A stretch of 24,000 nt of DNA from Wohlfahrtiimonas sp. (GTDB lineage Bacteria; Pseudomonadota; Gammaproteobacteria; Cardiobacteriales; Wohlfahrtiimonadaceae), in NCBI GenBank assembly GCA_030149965.1, contig JASLHB010000091.1, positions 1-24,000 of the forward strand, read 5' to 3'. Each line of letters opens with the position of its first letter. Position 1 is the first letter of the stretch. The position numbers and the translations under genes were made by a program. Below, in pieces: positions 8,571 through 17,609 of the stretch. Below the pieces are notes generated by a model. It made no database searches. It saw only the letters and a program-made list of their open reading frames with translations, and was not told the DNA's origin.

Positions 8571-10757
8571 ATGGAACCAATCAAGCTCCCTGAAGAAATG
8601 GAACTCTGGAACGAAGCATTTTTTGCGAAAGTTGCAGAGTTAGAATCCCGTGTCAGTCGTTATATGTCCAAAGCCGAAACATCTAAGGTTCGGGAGGCAT
8701 GTATTTTTGGAGCTTGGGCTCATCAAGGACAATCTCGTAGTTCTGGTGAGCCGTATATTTTCCATCCACTAGAAGTTGCGTTGATTTTAACGTTGGTTCA
8801 ATTGGATATTCATTCCATTGTGGGCGCTGTGTTACATGATGTGATTGAAGATACTGATATTTCCTTTGATGAAATTGCTGGGAAATTTGGTAAAGAAACG
8901 GCAGAAATCGTTGATGGTGTGAGCAAGTTAACGAAGATTCGTTTCAGTTCTAAGTTAGAAGCGAAAGCTGAAAACTTTAGAAAGATGATTTTAGCGATGA
9001 CGAAAGATCTTCGCGTAATTATGGTGAAATTAGCAGATAGATTACATAATATGCGTACTTTAGGGGCACTCGCACCTTATAAAAAACGTCGCATTGCTAA
9101 AGACACATTAGATATTTATACACCAATTGCAGCACGTTTAGGTATGTTTGCATTGCAGATGGAGTTGGAAAATCTCTGCTTTGAGAATATTTATCCAATG
9201 CGTTCTCGTATATTGAGAGAGTTCGTTAATAAGAAACGTTTTTCTCAAGGACCAACAGTTCAAGCAATTCGTGAATCAATTCAAGAAAAATTGGATGTTG
9301 TTGGGATTTCTGCGCGAATTTCTATTCGAGAAAAGCATGGATGGAGTTTGTATAAGAAACTTCAAAAACGTGGTTCATTGAGCCAGCTATCAGATATATT
9401 CTCGATTAGGGTAATTGTTAATAGTGTTGATGAATGTTATCGAGTTTTAGGCATTGTTCATAGTTTGAATAAACCTATTATTGGTCGTTTTAAAGATTTT
9501 ATTGCCATTCCGAAAGTGAATGGCTATCAAAGTTTGCATACAGTTGTATTTGGCGCAAATATGTTGCCAGTTGAAGTGCAAATTCGTACAAAAGAGATGC
9601 ATATTATTGCTGAAGCTGGTGCCGCTGCCCATTGGCGTTATGGCGAAGCTTATCGTGAACAAAACTATACTAAGAATAAAACCCGTGAATGGCTAGATTA
9701 TGTAACTGAGTTGCAAAATAGCATGCTCTCATCAGAAGAGTTTATGGCATCGATGAAAGAAGATTTATTTCCTTCTGAAATTTATGTTTTTACGCCAAAT
9801 GGCCGAATCATTGAATTACCAAAAGGTTCGACAGCTGTTGATTTTGCTTACGCAATTCATTCGGATATTGGCAATCACTGTATTTCTGCGAAAGTGGATG
9901 CAAAATTTGCGCCTGTTTCGCAAGTTTTAGTAACAGGGCAAACAGTTGAGATTCAAACATCTCAGAGTGCACAGCCTAATCCAATGTGGTTAGATTTTGT
10001 GAGAACAGCGAAAGCAAGATCGGCGATTCGTAGTTATCTCAGTAAATTAAGTTATGACGATGCAGTTGTGATTGGTCGTAACTTATTAGAGAACGCGATG
10101 AAGCAAAAAAATATTGCATTGACTCAATTAACAGATGCAGTATTAGTACGCTTAGCAAAAGAATTGCAAGTTGAGTCGGTTGAAGAAATGTATGCTGGAA
10201 TCGGTTCAGGTAAGCGCCATGCATCATTCATTATTAATCGATTAGAAGCGCATGGCGTGGACATTGAACAAGAATTAAATCATTCGCATTACACTGAGCA
10301 AAATAATGACTCAGTTGATGGTGCTAAGGGTAAAGAGATTCTTTTTGGTGATTGTTGTTACCCAATTCCTGGTGATAATATCATGGGATATTGGCAGTCG
10401 CGACAAGGTAAATTAGTTGTACATAGAACAGATTGCGATATAGCGGTCGAAGCATTAAAGCATTTAGAAAGATGTTATCCACTGACATGGAATCATAATA
10501 AAGAAAAAGCATTATTCCCTGTCCAACTTTGTTTTATAATTAAGAATCGACGCGGAGTGATTGCTGAGATTACCAAAGAATTAGTAGAAATGGATGTCAA
10601 CATTAATGACTTACGTTCGCAATCTATTAATGGTGATTTTAGCCACATTTGGATGTTGATTCATGTGCCAGATAGAGTTTTCCTGGCAAGTGTGTTCCGA
10701 CATTTAAAAAAATTAGAGAATGTCGTACGAATAGGACGACAAAACAACGAGGTTTAG
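8571..10757 (+). CDS. spoT: Bifunctional (p)ppGpp synthetase II / ppGpp pyrophosphohydrolase (SpoT/Rel type)
   Basis: HD hydrolase motifs (SGEPYIFHPLEVA, LHDVIEDT, ADRLHNMRT). Synthetase region with a SpoT-type RxKD motif (GRFKDFIAIPK), YQSLHT and EVQIRT..MH..AE.G.AAHW. TGS (IYVFTPNG.I.ELP.GST..DFAY.IH) and a C-terminal ACT-like region. First ATG is 8571; the track's 8559 is a TTG 12 nt upstream. Confidence 0.93.
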   Translation: MEPIKLPEEMELWNEAFFAKVAELESRVSRYMSKAETSKVREACIFGAWAHQGQSRSSGEPYIFHPLEVALILTLVQLDIHSIVGAVLHDVIEDTDISFDEIAGKFGKETAEIVDGVSKLTKIRFSSKLEAKAENFRKMILAMTKDLRVIMVKLADRLHNMRTLGALAPYKKRRIAKDTLDIYTPIAARLGMFALQMELENLCFENIYPMRSRILREFVNKKRFSQGPTVQAIRESIQEKLDVVGISARISIREKHGWSLYKKLQKRGSLSQLSDIFSIRVIVNSVDECYRVLGIVHSLNKPIIGRFKDFIAIPKVNGYQSLHTVVFGANMLPVEVQIRTKEMHIIAEAGAAAHWRYGEAYREQNYTKNKTREWLDYVTELQNSMLSSEEFMASMKEDLFPSEIYVFTPNGRIIELPKGSTAVDFAYAIHSDIGNHCISAKVDAKFAPVSQVLVTGQTVEIQTSQSAQPNPMWLDFVRTAKARSAIRSYLSKLSYDDAVVIGRNLLENAMKQKNIALTQLTDAVLVRLAKELQVESVEEMYAGIGSGKRHASFIINRLEAHGVDIEQELNHSHYTEQNNDSVDGAKGKEILFGDCCYPIPGDNIMGYWQSRQGKLVVHRTDCDIAVEALKHLERCYPLTWNHNKEKALFPVQLCFIIKNRRGVIAEITKELVEMDVNINDLRSQSINGDFSHIWMLIHVPDRVFLASVFRHLKKLENVVRIGRQNNEV

Positions 10758-10761
10758 CTCA

Positions 10762-13098
10762 TTGGTGCGAGATTGGTTTGATAAAGATAAAGGTCGCTTT
10801 CGACTAGTAATAACTGCTTGCATCTTGATTTTCATGATGATGGGCATGTATTTGTTTTTTAAATCCTCTTCAGTGACTAAAAATCTCTCATATTCGTTAT
10901 ATGATTATTTTATAGAAAAAAAAGCTCAGCCTTTGACCAAAGATAATGATCTTGTGATGATTGTTATTGATGATAAGAGTATTCGCGCGTTAGAAAAAAT
11001 TTGGCCATGGCCACGAGCATATCATGCAGGATTAATCACAGAATTAACGCGCATGGGCGTTAAAGTCATTGCATATGATATTTTATTCACAGAAAGTAGT
11101 TCTAGTGATGCGATTCTAGCAAAAGCAATTGATAAACATGGTGCAGTCGTTTTGCCGAAACCATTGTTTTTTTCTTCAGATGGTTTAGTACCATTTGAAG
11201 ATATTGCGCATTTTGGGCATGTTGAGGTTAATATTGATAGCGATGGAGTTGTGCGTTCAGTCGATCCATATTTGGATGGGATGCGTAGTTTTTCTTTTGC
11301 GATATTGAATGCTTTATCAGACATTGATCCAGCCAAAAAAACAGCGCGTGAACTTTATCAAGATAATTTAGATGAACCTATTCGCTATGTTTACTCATCA
11401 GAAAGAACATACCCAACATATTCATTTTCAGATGTATTGATGGGACGTATCGATCCTTCTGAATTCAAGGATAAGATTGTGTTTGTTGGGGTGAGTGCAA
11501 CAGGTATTGGTGAACGGTTAAGAAGTTCTTCATTACGTAATAGCACGTTTAAAACAGGCGTTGAAGTACAGGCATCAATTTTTGAAGCATTGCGCGAACA
11601 AGCAGTGACAGAATATTCCAGTGGATTATTTGATAGTGTTGTGACGTTTATTTCCATCACAACGATTGCTGTCGTTGCGATCTTCTCATCGCCTTTGATC
11701 ACAGTCGGATTATTATTACTATATATTGGATTCTTAACTTGCAGTGCATTCTTACTGTTCTATTTTGAAAGTTATTGGTATTCACCGATTGCACTGGCAT
11801 TTGCCATGACGAGCGTTATATTTTTATATACGATTGCTCAAATTCATGTGAGCTTAAAAGAGGCCAATAGAACGTTGAATTTAAATGTTGCAGATCGAAC
11901 AAAAAAATTAGTGATTTCAAATTTGAGATTAGCCCAAGAAATGAATGAAAAAGAGAAAATTTGGGCAGATTTGCGAGATAGTGAAGAACAGTTGAAAGTA
12001 TTATTGGATGGCTTGCAGATTGGGATTGTATCAACCGATGAAGAAGGGCATTTAATCACGGCAAATAGTACGGCATTGCATTTCTTTAATTTGCAAACAG
12101 TTGAAGAAGCGAAAACCTTAGAGCATTATTTTAGATATGATTTAGCTCATGGCGGAGCACAAATTAATACTAAAGAAATTTTCAGAGCTTTATTAAATAC
12201 AAGAGATTCTAGCCAATTAGAATGCATGATTTCATCAGAAAATGCTCGTTATAATGGCGTCCCAACAGCGTTACTATTCTCACGATTAAGCACATCCGAT
12301 CGTCAAAACAGTTTTGCGTGCATTATTCGAGATATCAGCGATCAAAAACGTGCTGAATTTATTACACAGGAATTTGTGGCGACTGTTTCGCATGAATTAC
12401 GTACGCCAATTACTTCTATTAAAGGTTCATTAGGATTAATGAGTAGCGGTATCACGGGGGAAATTCCTGTTAAAGCACAGAAGCTTTTAGAATTAGCATC
12501 ACGTAATAGTGAACGCTTATTAAGCCTTGTGAATGATATCTTAGATATTCAGAAAATTCAGTTGGGCACATTAGATTTCCATTTGAAAACGATGGATATT
12601 GTGATGGTTGTACGTCAATCTGTAGAAGTGAATGAGCTCTATGCCCAAAATTTAGGTGTGAAAATTTTTAGTGAATTACCGTCTTATCCTATTTATGTGA
12701 TGGGTGATTCTGATCGATTAACGCAGGTTATGAGTAACTTGTTATCCAATGCTGCCAAATTCTCTAAGCCAGATACTAAAATTGATGTACGAGTAATTTT
12801 AGATGGTAAAAAGGTGCGCGTAGAAGTGCAGGATTATGGCGTTGGAATTCCAGTGAGTTTTAAAGATAAAGTCTTTATGAAGTTTGCTCAAGCTGATGAT
12901 GCAAAACATCGTTCTAAAGGAACAGGTTTGGGCTTAAGTATTTCTAAGGCATTTATTGAAAGAATGGGCGGTACAATCCACTATGATTCAGTGGAAGATG
13001 TTGGCACGACATTCTATTTTTATTTACCGCTTGCTTCGATGGAAGAAGTGGCGAATTATATTTCAGATCAAAAAGCGAAAAAGGATATGTTCTTATGA
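10762..13098 (+). CDS. CHASE2-domain sensor histidine kinase (N-terminal TM, CHASE2, 3 TM helices, coiled coil, PAS, HisKA, HATPase_c); no receiver domain
   Basis: CHASE2 signature VMIVIDDKSIRALEKIWPWPRAYHAGLI..L...G.KVIAYDILF. Hydrophobic block at about aa 290-360. PAS-like LLDGLQIGIVSTDEEGHLITAN. H-box FVATVSHELRTPITSIKG (His codon 12391-12393). N/G boxes LLSNAAKFS, DYGVGIP, GTGLGLSISK. Non-ATG start: TTG 10762 has a GAGG Shine-Dalgarno sequence 9 nt upstream, and GTG 10765 is the alternative. The first ATG would delete the first TM helix. Confidence 0.9.
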   Translation: MVRDWFDKDKGRFRLVITACILIFMMMGMYLFFKSSSVTKNLSYSLYDYFIEKKAQPLTKDNDLVMIVIDDKSIRALEKIWPWPRAYHAGLITELTRMGVKVIAYDILFTESSSSDAILAKAIDKHGAVVLPKPLFFSSDGLVPFEDIAHFGHVEVNIDSDGVVRSVDPYLDGMRSFSFAILNALSDIDPAKKTARELYQDNLDEPIRYVYSSERTYPTYSFSDVLMGRIDPSEFKDKIVFVGVSATGIGERLRSSSLRNSTFKTGVEVQASIFEALREQAVTEYSSGLFDSVVTFISITTIAVVAIFSSPLITVGLLLLYIGFLTCSAFLLFYFESYWYSPIALAFAMTSVIFLYTIAQIHVSLKEANRTLNLNVADRTKKLVISNLRLAQEMNEKEKIWADLRDSEEQLKVLLDGLQIGIVSTDEEGHLITANSTALHFFNLQTVEEAKTLEHYFRYDLAHGGAQINTKEIFRALLNTRDSSQLECMISSENARYNGVPTALLFSRLSTSDRQNSFACIIRDISDQKRAEFITQEFVATVSHELRTPITSIKGSLGLMSSGITGEIPVKAQKLLELASRNSERLLSLVNDILDIQKIQLGTLDFHLKTMDIVMVVRQSVEVNELYAQNLGVKIFSELPSYPIYVMGDSDRLTQVMSNLLSNAAKFSKPDTKIDVRVILDGKKVRVEVQDYGVGIPVSFKDKVFMKFAQADDAKHRSKGTGLGLSISKAFIERMGGTIHYDSVEDVGTTFYFYLPLASMEEVANYISDQKAKKDMFL

Positions 13099-14312
13099 CC
13101 AAATCGAATAAACCTATGAAAGTATTGGGTGGATTGACGATTGAAGAGTTTTTCAGAGATTATTGGCAGAAAAAACCTCTCTTTGTTAAGAACGCGTTTC
13201 AAGACTTTGTTGACCCAATGTCGCCAGATGAAGTTGCTGGTTTAAGTTGTGAGGAAGGTGTGCCTTCTCGTTTTGTGTTTGAAGAACGCAATTGGGAATT
13301 AAAATGTGGACCTTTTGCCGATAAAGATTTTACTAATTTACCAGAGAAAAAATGGGTTTTATTAGTGAATGATGTTGAAAAATTCATGCCGCAAATGAGA
13401 GTTTTATCTGATCCTTTTAATTTCATTCCTGAATGGAGAATGGATGATCTTCAAGTGAGTTATGCTGTTGATCAAGGAACAGTTGGTGCGCATTGGGATG
13501 ATTATGATGTGTTCTTAATTCAAGGCATGGGCAAAAAGAAATGGCAAATTAGTTATGATGAAGTTTCTGAAAATGACTTCGTTGAAGGCTTGCCAATTCG
13601 TTTAATTGAAAAATTCAATGTTAGTGAAGAATGGATTGTAGAACCTGGCGATTTATTATATTTACCACCAAGAATAGGACATTTTGGCGTTGCTATTGGT
13701 GAAAGTATGACTTGGTCTGTCGGTTTCAGAGCACCAAAACATCGTGAAATGATTCATGATTTTGTGGAAGATATTATTCAGTTCACAGGTGCAGAAGAGC
13801 GTTATTCTGATGCTGATTTAGCACCACGAGAGTTTTCATCAGAATTAAATGATGATGATTTGGATCGTGTAATGAAAGTAATTCAAGAAGGTTTATCCAA
13901 TAATCGTGATTTGGTTGCTGATTGGTTCGGACGATTTATGAGTGAATCGAAAGAAGGTCAAGAGCCAGAAGCATTGGATGAAGAATTCAGTACAGATGAA
14001 GTTCAGGGTTTATTGGAAGATGGCGCTGATATTGAGCGTGTACCAACAGTTTCGTTATATTTCCGTGAAACGGTTGATGAAGTTGTGATGTATGCGAATG
14101 GCGAATGTTTTGCTTTGGATAAGAAACATACTAAATTGGTTCAATTTTTGTGTGAAAATCGTCAATATAGCCCAGGGAAAATGTTGCAGTTTTTGAAAGA
14201 TGAAGTAGCAGCAGAATTCGTTGTGGACTTAGTGAATCAAGGAATTTTAGCGTTCTTTGATGGCGATGATCACGATCATGAATGCGATAGTGATTGCGAT
14301 CATGATCATTAA
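13095..14312 (+). CDS. roxA: JmjC/cupin Fe(II)/2-oxoglutarate oxygenase, homologue of ribosomal protein uL16 arginine hydroxylase RoxA/YcfD (405 aa)
   Basis: Collinear with E. coli YcfD. FFRDYWQKKPLFVKNAF..FVDPMSPDEVAGL matches FLERHWQKRPVVLKRGF..FIDPISPDELAGL. HxD of the facial triad is in GAHWDDYDVFLIQG, and the distal His is in YLPPRIGHFG. SVGFRAP is present. The ATG overlaps the kinase stop (ATGA at 13095-13098). Confidence 0.85.
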   Translation: MTKSNKPMKVLGGLTIEEFFRDYWQKKPLFVKNAFQDFVDPMSPDEVAGLSCEEGVPSRFVFEERNWELKCGPFADKDFTNLPEKKWVLLVNDVEKFMPQMRVLSDPFNFIPEWRMDDLQVSYAVDQGTVGAHWDDYDVFLIQGMGKKKWQISYDEVSENDFVEGLPIRLIEKFNVSEEWIVEPGDLLYLPPRIGHFGVAIGESMTWSVGFRAPKHREMIHDFVEDIIQFTGAEERYSDADLAPREFSSELNDDDLDRVMKVIQEGLSNNRDLVADWFGRFMSESKEGQEPEALDEEFSTDEVQGLLEDGADIERVPTVSLYFRETVDEVVMYANGECFALDKKHTKLVQFLCENRQYSPGKMLQFLKDEVAAEFVVDLVNQGILAFFDGDDHDHECDSDCDHDH

Positions 14313-14778
14313 TTGGAAACAAACATCGGTGGTGCTATTTGCGCTATCGTTGTCATTTGCAGCTGCAGGCGAATTTTGGCAAGAGCGAAATGAGCTACAT
14401 GGTCAATCTCAATTACAATTGGCAGATGTTGTGATTAACGATAAAACGATTCAAGTGGAATTGGCGACAACGCCAAAAACACAAGCTTATGGTTTAATGA
14501 ATCGTTTTATCTTGCCAGAAAATCAAGGCATGTTATTTGTGTTTGAGAAAACTCAGCCATTAAGTTTTTGGATGAAAAATACTAAAGTACCTTTGGATAT
14601 TTTATATTTTAATGCCGAAGGTATTTTGGTGGATTTTGCTGAAGCTGAACCGTGCTTGAAAAATCCTTGTCCATCTTATCCATCGAAAGCACCAGGAAAA
14701 TATGTGCTTGAGATAGGAAAAGGCGAACGAAATCGATTAGGGATTCAAATTGGCGACCAGTTGAAAAAGACAGATTAA
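14302..14778 (+). CDS. DUF192 (COG1430) domain protein with N-terminal signal/anchor sequence
   Basis: DUF192 core: AYGLMNRF.LPENQGMLFVF......FWMKNTKVPLDILYF...G.....AE..PC....CPSY.S......VLE...G. The ORF is open from 14257 with ATGs at 14257, 14260, 14266, 14278 and 14302. ATG 14302 gives a typical signal peptide, MIINWKQTSVVLFALSLSFAAAG, and overlaps the roxA stop by 11 nt. The gene is confident; the start choice is uncertain. Confidence 0.75.
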   Translation: MIINWKQTSVVLFALSLSFAAAGEFWQERNELHGQSQLQLADVVINDKTIQVELATTPKTQAYGLMNRFILPENQGMLFVFEKTQPLSFWMKNTKVPLDILYFNAEGILVDFAEAEPCLKNPCPSYPSKAPGKYVLEIGKGERNRLGIQIGDQLKKTD

Positions 14779-14782
14779 GCTT

Positions 14783-14809
14783 TTGTTTTATTAAAATTAT
14801 AGGTATAAT
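14783..14809 (+). promoter_or_regulatory. Candidate promoter for rpsO
   Basis: Perfect TATAAT at 14804-14809, preceded by TTGTTT (14783-14788) at a short 15-nt spacing. It lies 63 nt upstream of the rpsO ATG. Confidence 0.3.
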
Positions 14810-14871
14810 TATCGTCAATTATGCTGTCATCGCCATTGACACACTATTATTTTATTGGAGTTTTATACTTT

Positions 14872-15138
14872 ATGTTAACAACAGAAAAAAAAGCAATGAT
14901 TGTTGCTGAATTTGCACGCGGCGAAAACGACACAGGTTCTCCTGAAGTTCAAGTTGCACTTTTAACTAACAACATCAACACATTGCGTGCTCATTTTGAT
15001 GCTCATAAAAAAGATCATCATTCACGCCGTGGTTTGTTACAAATGGTAAACCAACGTCGTAAATTGTTGGATTACTTGAAGCGTAAAGATTTAGCGCGTT
15101 ATCAAACTTTGATTGAGCGTTTACAATTACGTCGCTAA
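14872..15138 (+). CDS. rpsO: 30S ribosomal protein S15 (89 aa)
   Basis: From Met18 of the track ORF: [74 protein letters not shown]. This is near-identical in pattern and length to E. coli S15. GGAG Shine-Dalgarno sequence upstream of 14872. The 14821 start would add a non-conserved extension. Confidence 0.97.
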   Translation: MLTTEKKAMIVAEFARGENDTGSPEVQVALLTNNINTLRAHFDAHKKDHHSRRGLLQMVNQRRKLLDYLKRKDLARYQTLIERLQLRR

Positions 15139-15172
15139 TATTGAATATTATGCGTATGAATATGTAGTGAAT

Positions 15173-15205
15173 AGCCCTTGCAGTATTTCTGTAAGGGCTT
15201 TCATT
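15173..15205 (+). terminator. rpsO-distal hairpin (terminator/attenuator in the rpsO-pnp intergenic leader)
   Basis: AGCCCTTGC (15173-15181) pairs with GTAAGGGCT (15191-15199), with one G-U pair and a 9-nt loop, followed by TTCATTATTT. The position matches the partial terminator/processing hairpin between rpsO and pnp in enterobacteria. Confidence 0.55.
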
Positions 15206-15337
15206 ATTTAATGGTAAAAGTGTTTTGAAGGGTTCTGATAAAGTATTCATCAATTAGTTCTCTTGAATATTTTTTCAGCTCCCTTGGAATCAAGGACTTT
15301 TACCACAATTTTTTATTACTTAAATAAGGTAAGAATT

Positions 15338-17446
15338 ATGGAATTAAAAGCAACTAGAAAAGAGTTTATGTATGGTAACCAAAAGGTTATTTTAGAAGTT
15401 GGTGAAATTGCTCGTCAAGCATCAGCTGCTGTAATGGTAGATGTAGAAGGTACAATGGTGTTTGTAACATGTGTTGCATCATCAAAATTTGATCCTTCAC
15501 GTGATTTCTTCCCATTGACTGTAAACTACCAAGAACGTACTTATGCAGCGGGTAAAATCCCAGGCGGATTCTTCCGTCGCGAAGCACGTCCTTCCGAAAA
15601 TGAAACTTTAACATCACGTTTAATCGATCGTCCTTTGCGTCCTTTATTCGTTGAAGGTTTCACAAACGAAACACAAGTAATTGCAACTGTAATGTCTATT
15701 AACCCAGAAGTTAATCCAGACATCCCAGCATTGATCGGTGCATCAGCTGCTGTATCTTTAGCAGGGTTACCATTTGCAGGTCCATTAGGTGCTGCGCGTG
15801 TTGGCTATGAAAATGGCGAATACTTGTTGAATCCATCTAAAGCACAATTAGAAACATCTAAATTGGATTTAGTGGTTGCTGGTACGCATGATGCAGTGTT
15901 GATGGTTGAATCCGAAGCTGAATTGTTAAGCGAAGACGTAATGTTGGGCGCTGTAATGTTTGGTCATGAATCAATGCAAGTTGTGATTGAAAACATTAAT
16001 GCATTGTGTGCGGAAGTTGGCGTAACTAAATTTGAATACGAAACAGTTCAAAAGAACGCTGAATTAGATGCGGCAGTTAAAGCATTTGCAGCAGCAAAAT
16101 TAGAAGCAGCTTATGGCCATTCAGTAAAAGCTGAACGTTATACTGCAATCGATGCATTGAAAACAGAAGCTGTTGAAGCATTGGTAACAGAAGATAATGG
16201 TTTCACTAAAGACGAAATCAAATCAAGCATTGATGAAATGAGCTACCGTTTAGTTCGTGACCAAATCTTAGATGGTAAACCACGTATTGATGGTCGTGAT
16301 ACAACAACAGTTCGTCCAATCGTTTCACGTGTTGGCGTTTTACCTCGCACACATGGTTCTGCATTGTTTACACGTGGCGAAACTCAAGCGCTGGTTATTA
16401 CAACTTTGGGTACAGATCGTGATGCGCAAATCATCGATTCTATCTCGGGTGAATACAAAGATAAATTCTTATTCCATTACAACTTCCCTCCTTATTCAGT
16501 AGGTGAAACTGGCATGGTTGGTTCACCTAAACGTCGTGAAATTGGTCATGGTCGTTTAGCAAAACGTGGTGTTCAAGCAGTTATGCCGAGCATGGAAGAA
16601 TATCCATACACAGTGCGTGTTGTATCTGAAATCACAGAATCAAACGGTTCAAGCTCAATGGCTTCAGTTTGTGGTGCATCATTAGCATTGATGGATGCTG
16701 GTGTTCCTTTGAAAGCTCCTGTTGCTGGTATCGCAATGGGCTTAATCAAAGAAGGTGAGCGCTTTGCAGTCTTGACAGATATCTTAGGTGACGAAGATCA
16801 CTTAGGTGATATGGACTTTAAAGTAGCAGGTACTACAGACGGTATTTCTGCTCTTCAAATGGATATCAAAATCACTGGTATCACAAAAGAAATCATGGCT
16901 CAAGCTTTAGCTCAAGCTAAAGTTGCTCGTTTACATATCATTGAAGAAATGGCTGCAACATTGAACGAAACTCGTCCTGAGATTTCAGAGTTTGCTCCAC
17001 GTTTCACAATCTTCCGCATCAATCCTGATAAAATCCGTGATGTGATTGGTAAGGGCGGCGTAACGATTCGTGCGATTACTGATGAAACTGGCGCAGTGAT
17101 TGAAATCAGCGATGATGGTATGATCAAAATCGCAGCATCTAATGCTGATCAAGCTGCAGAAGCTAAGAAGCGTATCGAAGAAATCACAGCTGATATCGAA
17201 GTTGGTCGTATTTATGAATCAGCAGTTGTTCGCATCATGGACTTCGGCGCATTCGTTAACTTGATGCCTGGCCGTGATGGTATGGTTCACGTTTCTCAGA
17301 TTCCTTCTGAAGAACGTATCCAAAACGTATCTGATCATTTAACAGTTGGTCAAGTTGTGCGCGTTAAAGTATTGGAAATTGATAAGCAAGGTCGTATTCG
17401 CTTAACAATGAAAGATGTAGATGCTGCAACTCCAGCTGCAGAATAA
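15338..17446 (+). CDS. pnp: Polyribonucleotide nucleotidyltransferase (PNPase, 702 aa)
   Basis: Two RNase PH domains ([83 protein letters not shown]). KH domain (GKGG..IR.I...TG). S1 domain ([15 protein letters not shown]...PGRDG.VH.SQI). ATG 15338 has an AAGGTAAG Shine-Dalgarno sequence. The track's 15263 start adds 25 non-conserved residues. Confidence 0.98.
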   Translation: MELKATRKEFMYGNQKVILEVGEIARQASAAVMVDVEGTMVFVTCVASSKFDPSRDFFPLTVNYQERTYAAGKIPGGFFRREARPSENETLTSRLIDRPLRPLFVEGFTNETQVIATVMSINPEVNPDIPALIGASAAVSLAGLPFAGPLGAARVGYENGEYLLNPSKAQLETSKLDLVVAGTHDAVLMVESEAELLSEDVMLGAVMFGHESMQVVIENINALCAEVGVTKFEYETVQKNAELDAAVKAFAAAKLEAAYGHSVKAERYTAIDALKTEAVEALVTEDNGFTKDEIKSSIDEMSYRLVRDQILDGKPRIDGRDTTTVRPIVSRVGVLPRTHGSALFTRGETQALVITTLGTDRDAQIIDSISGEYKDKFLFHYNFPPYSVGETGMVGSPKRREIGHGRLAKRGVQAVMPSMEEYPYTVRVVSEITESNGSSSMASVCGASLALMDAGVPLKAPVAGIAMGLIKEGERFAVLTDILGDEDHLGDMDFKVAGTTDGISALQMDIKITGITKEIMAQALAQAKVARLHIIEEMAATLNETRPEISEFAPRFTIFRINPDKIRDVIGKGGVTIRAITDETGAVIEISDDGMIKIAASNADQAAEAKKRIEEITADIEVGRIYESAVVRIMDFGAFVNLMPGRDGMVHVSQIPSEERIQNVSDHLTVGQVVRVKVLEIDKQGRIRLTMKDVDAATPAAE

Positions 17447-17465
17447 TTTATTCTAAATAGTATTT

Positions 17466-17492
17466 AAAACCGAGAGAAATCTCGGTTTTTTT
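17466..17492 (+). terminator. Rho-independent terminator after pnp
   Basis: AAAACCGAGA (17466-17475), GAAA loop, TCTCGGTTTT (17480-17489), with the T-run continuing to 17492. Confidence 0.85.
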
Positions 17493-17609
17493 ATGGGTGT
17501 AATTTTAATATTGATTTGGATCTTATTTATCGTAGGTCTTTATTTTTTCATATAAAAATATATATTAGAATAAGCTCCAACCATAATATTTAAGATAACT
17601 GGAATACTA

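Noticed and set aside
11022-12059. Four antisense ORFs (11022-11336, 11391-11702, 11816-12034, 11844-12059) opposite the histidine kinase.
   Set aside because: The + strand frame carries continuous CHASE2, TM and coiled-coil features. The antisense translations have no motifs and overlap one another.
14821-14871. Upstream extensions proposed by the track for rpsO (14821), pnp (15263), acuI (20859), tcdA (5920 TTG) and spoT (8559 TTG).
   Set aside because: The extensions are non-conserved and would cover promoter, terminator or Shine-Dalgarno sequences. Internal ATGs with proper Shine-Dalgarno sequences give lengths matching the known families: S15 at 89 aa, PNPase at about 700 aa and YhdH at about 325 aa.
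14975-15253. 92-aa minus-strand ORF spanning the rpsO 3' end and the rpsO-pnp leader; also 14609-14818 and 14131-14322 on the minus strand.
   Set aside because: They are antisense to rpsO, DUF192 or roxA and run through terminator and promoter sequence. They have no Shine-Dalgarno sequence and implausible composition.
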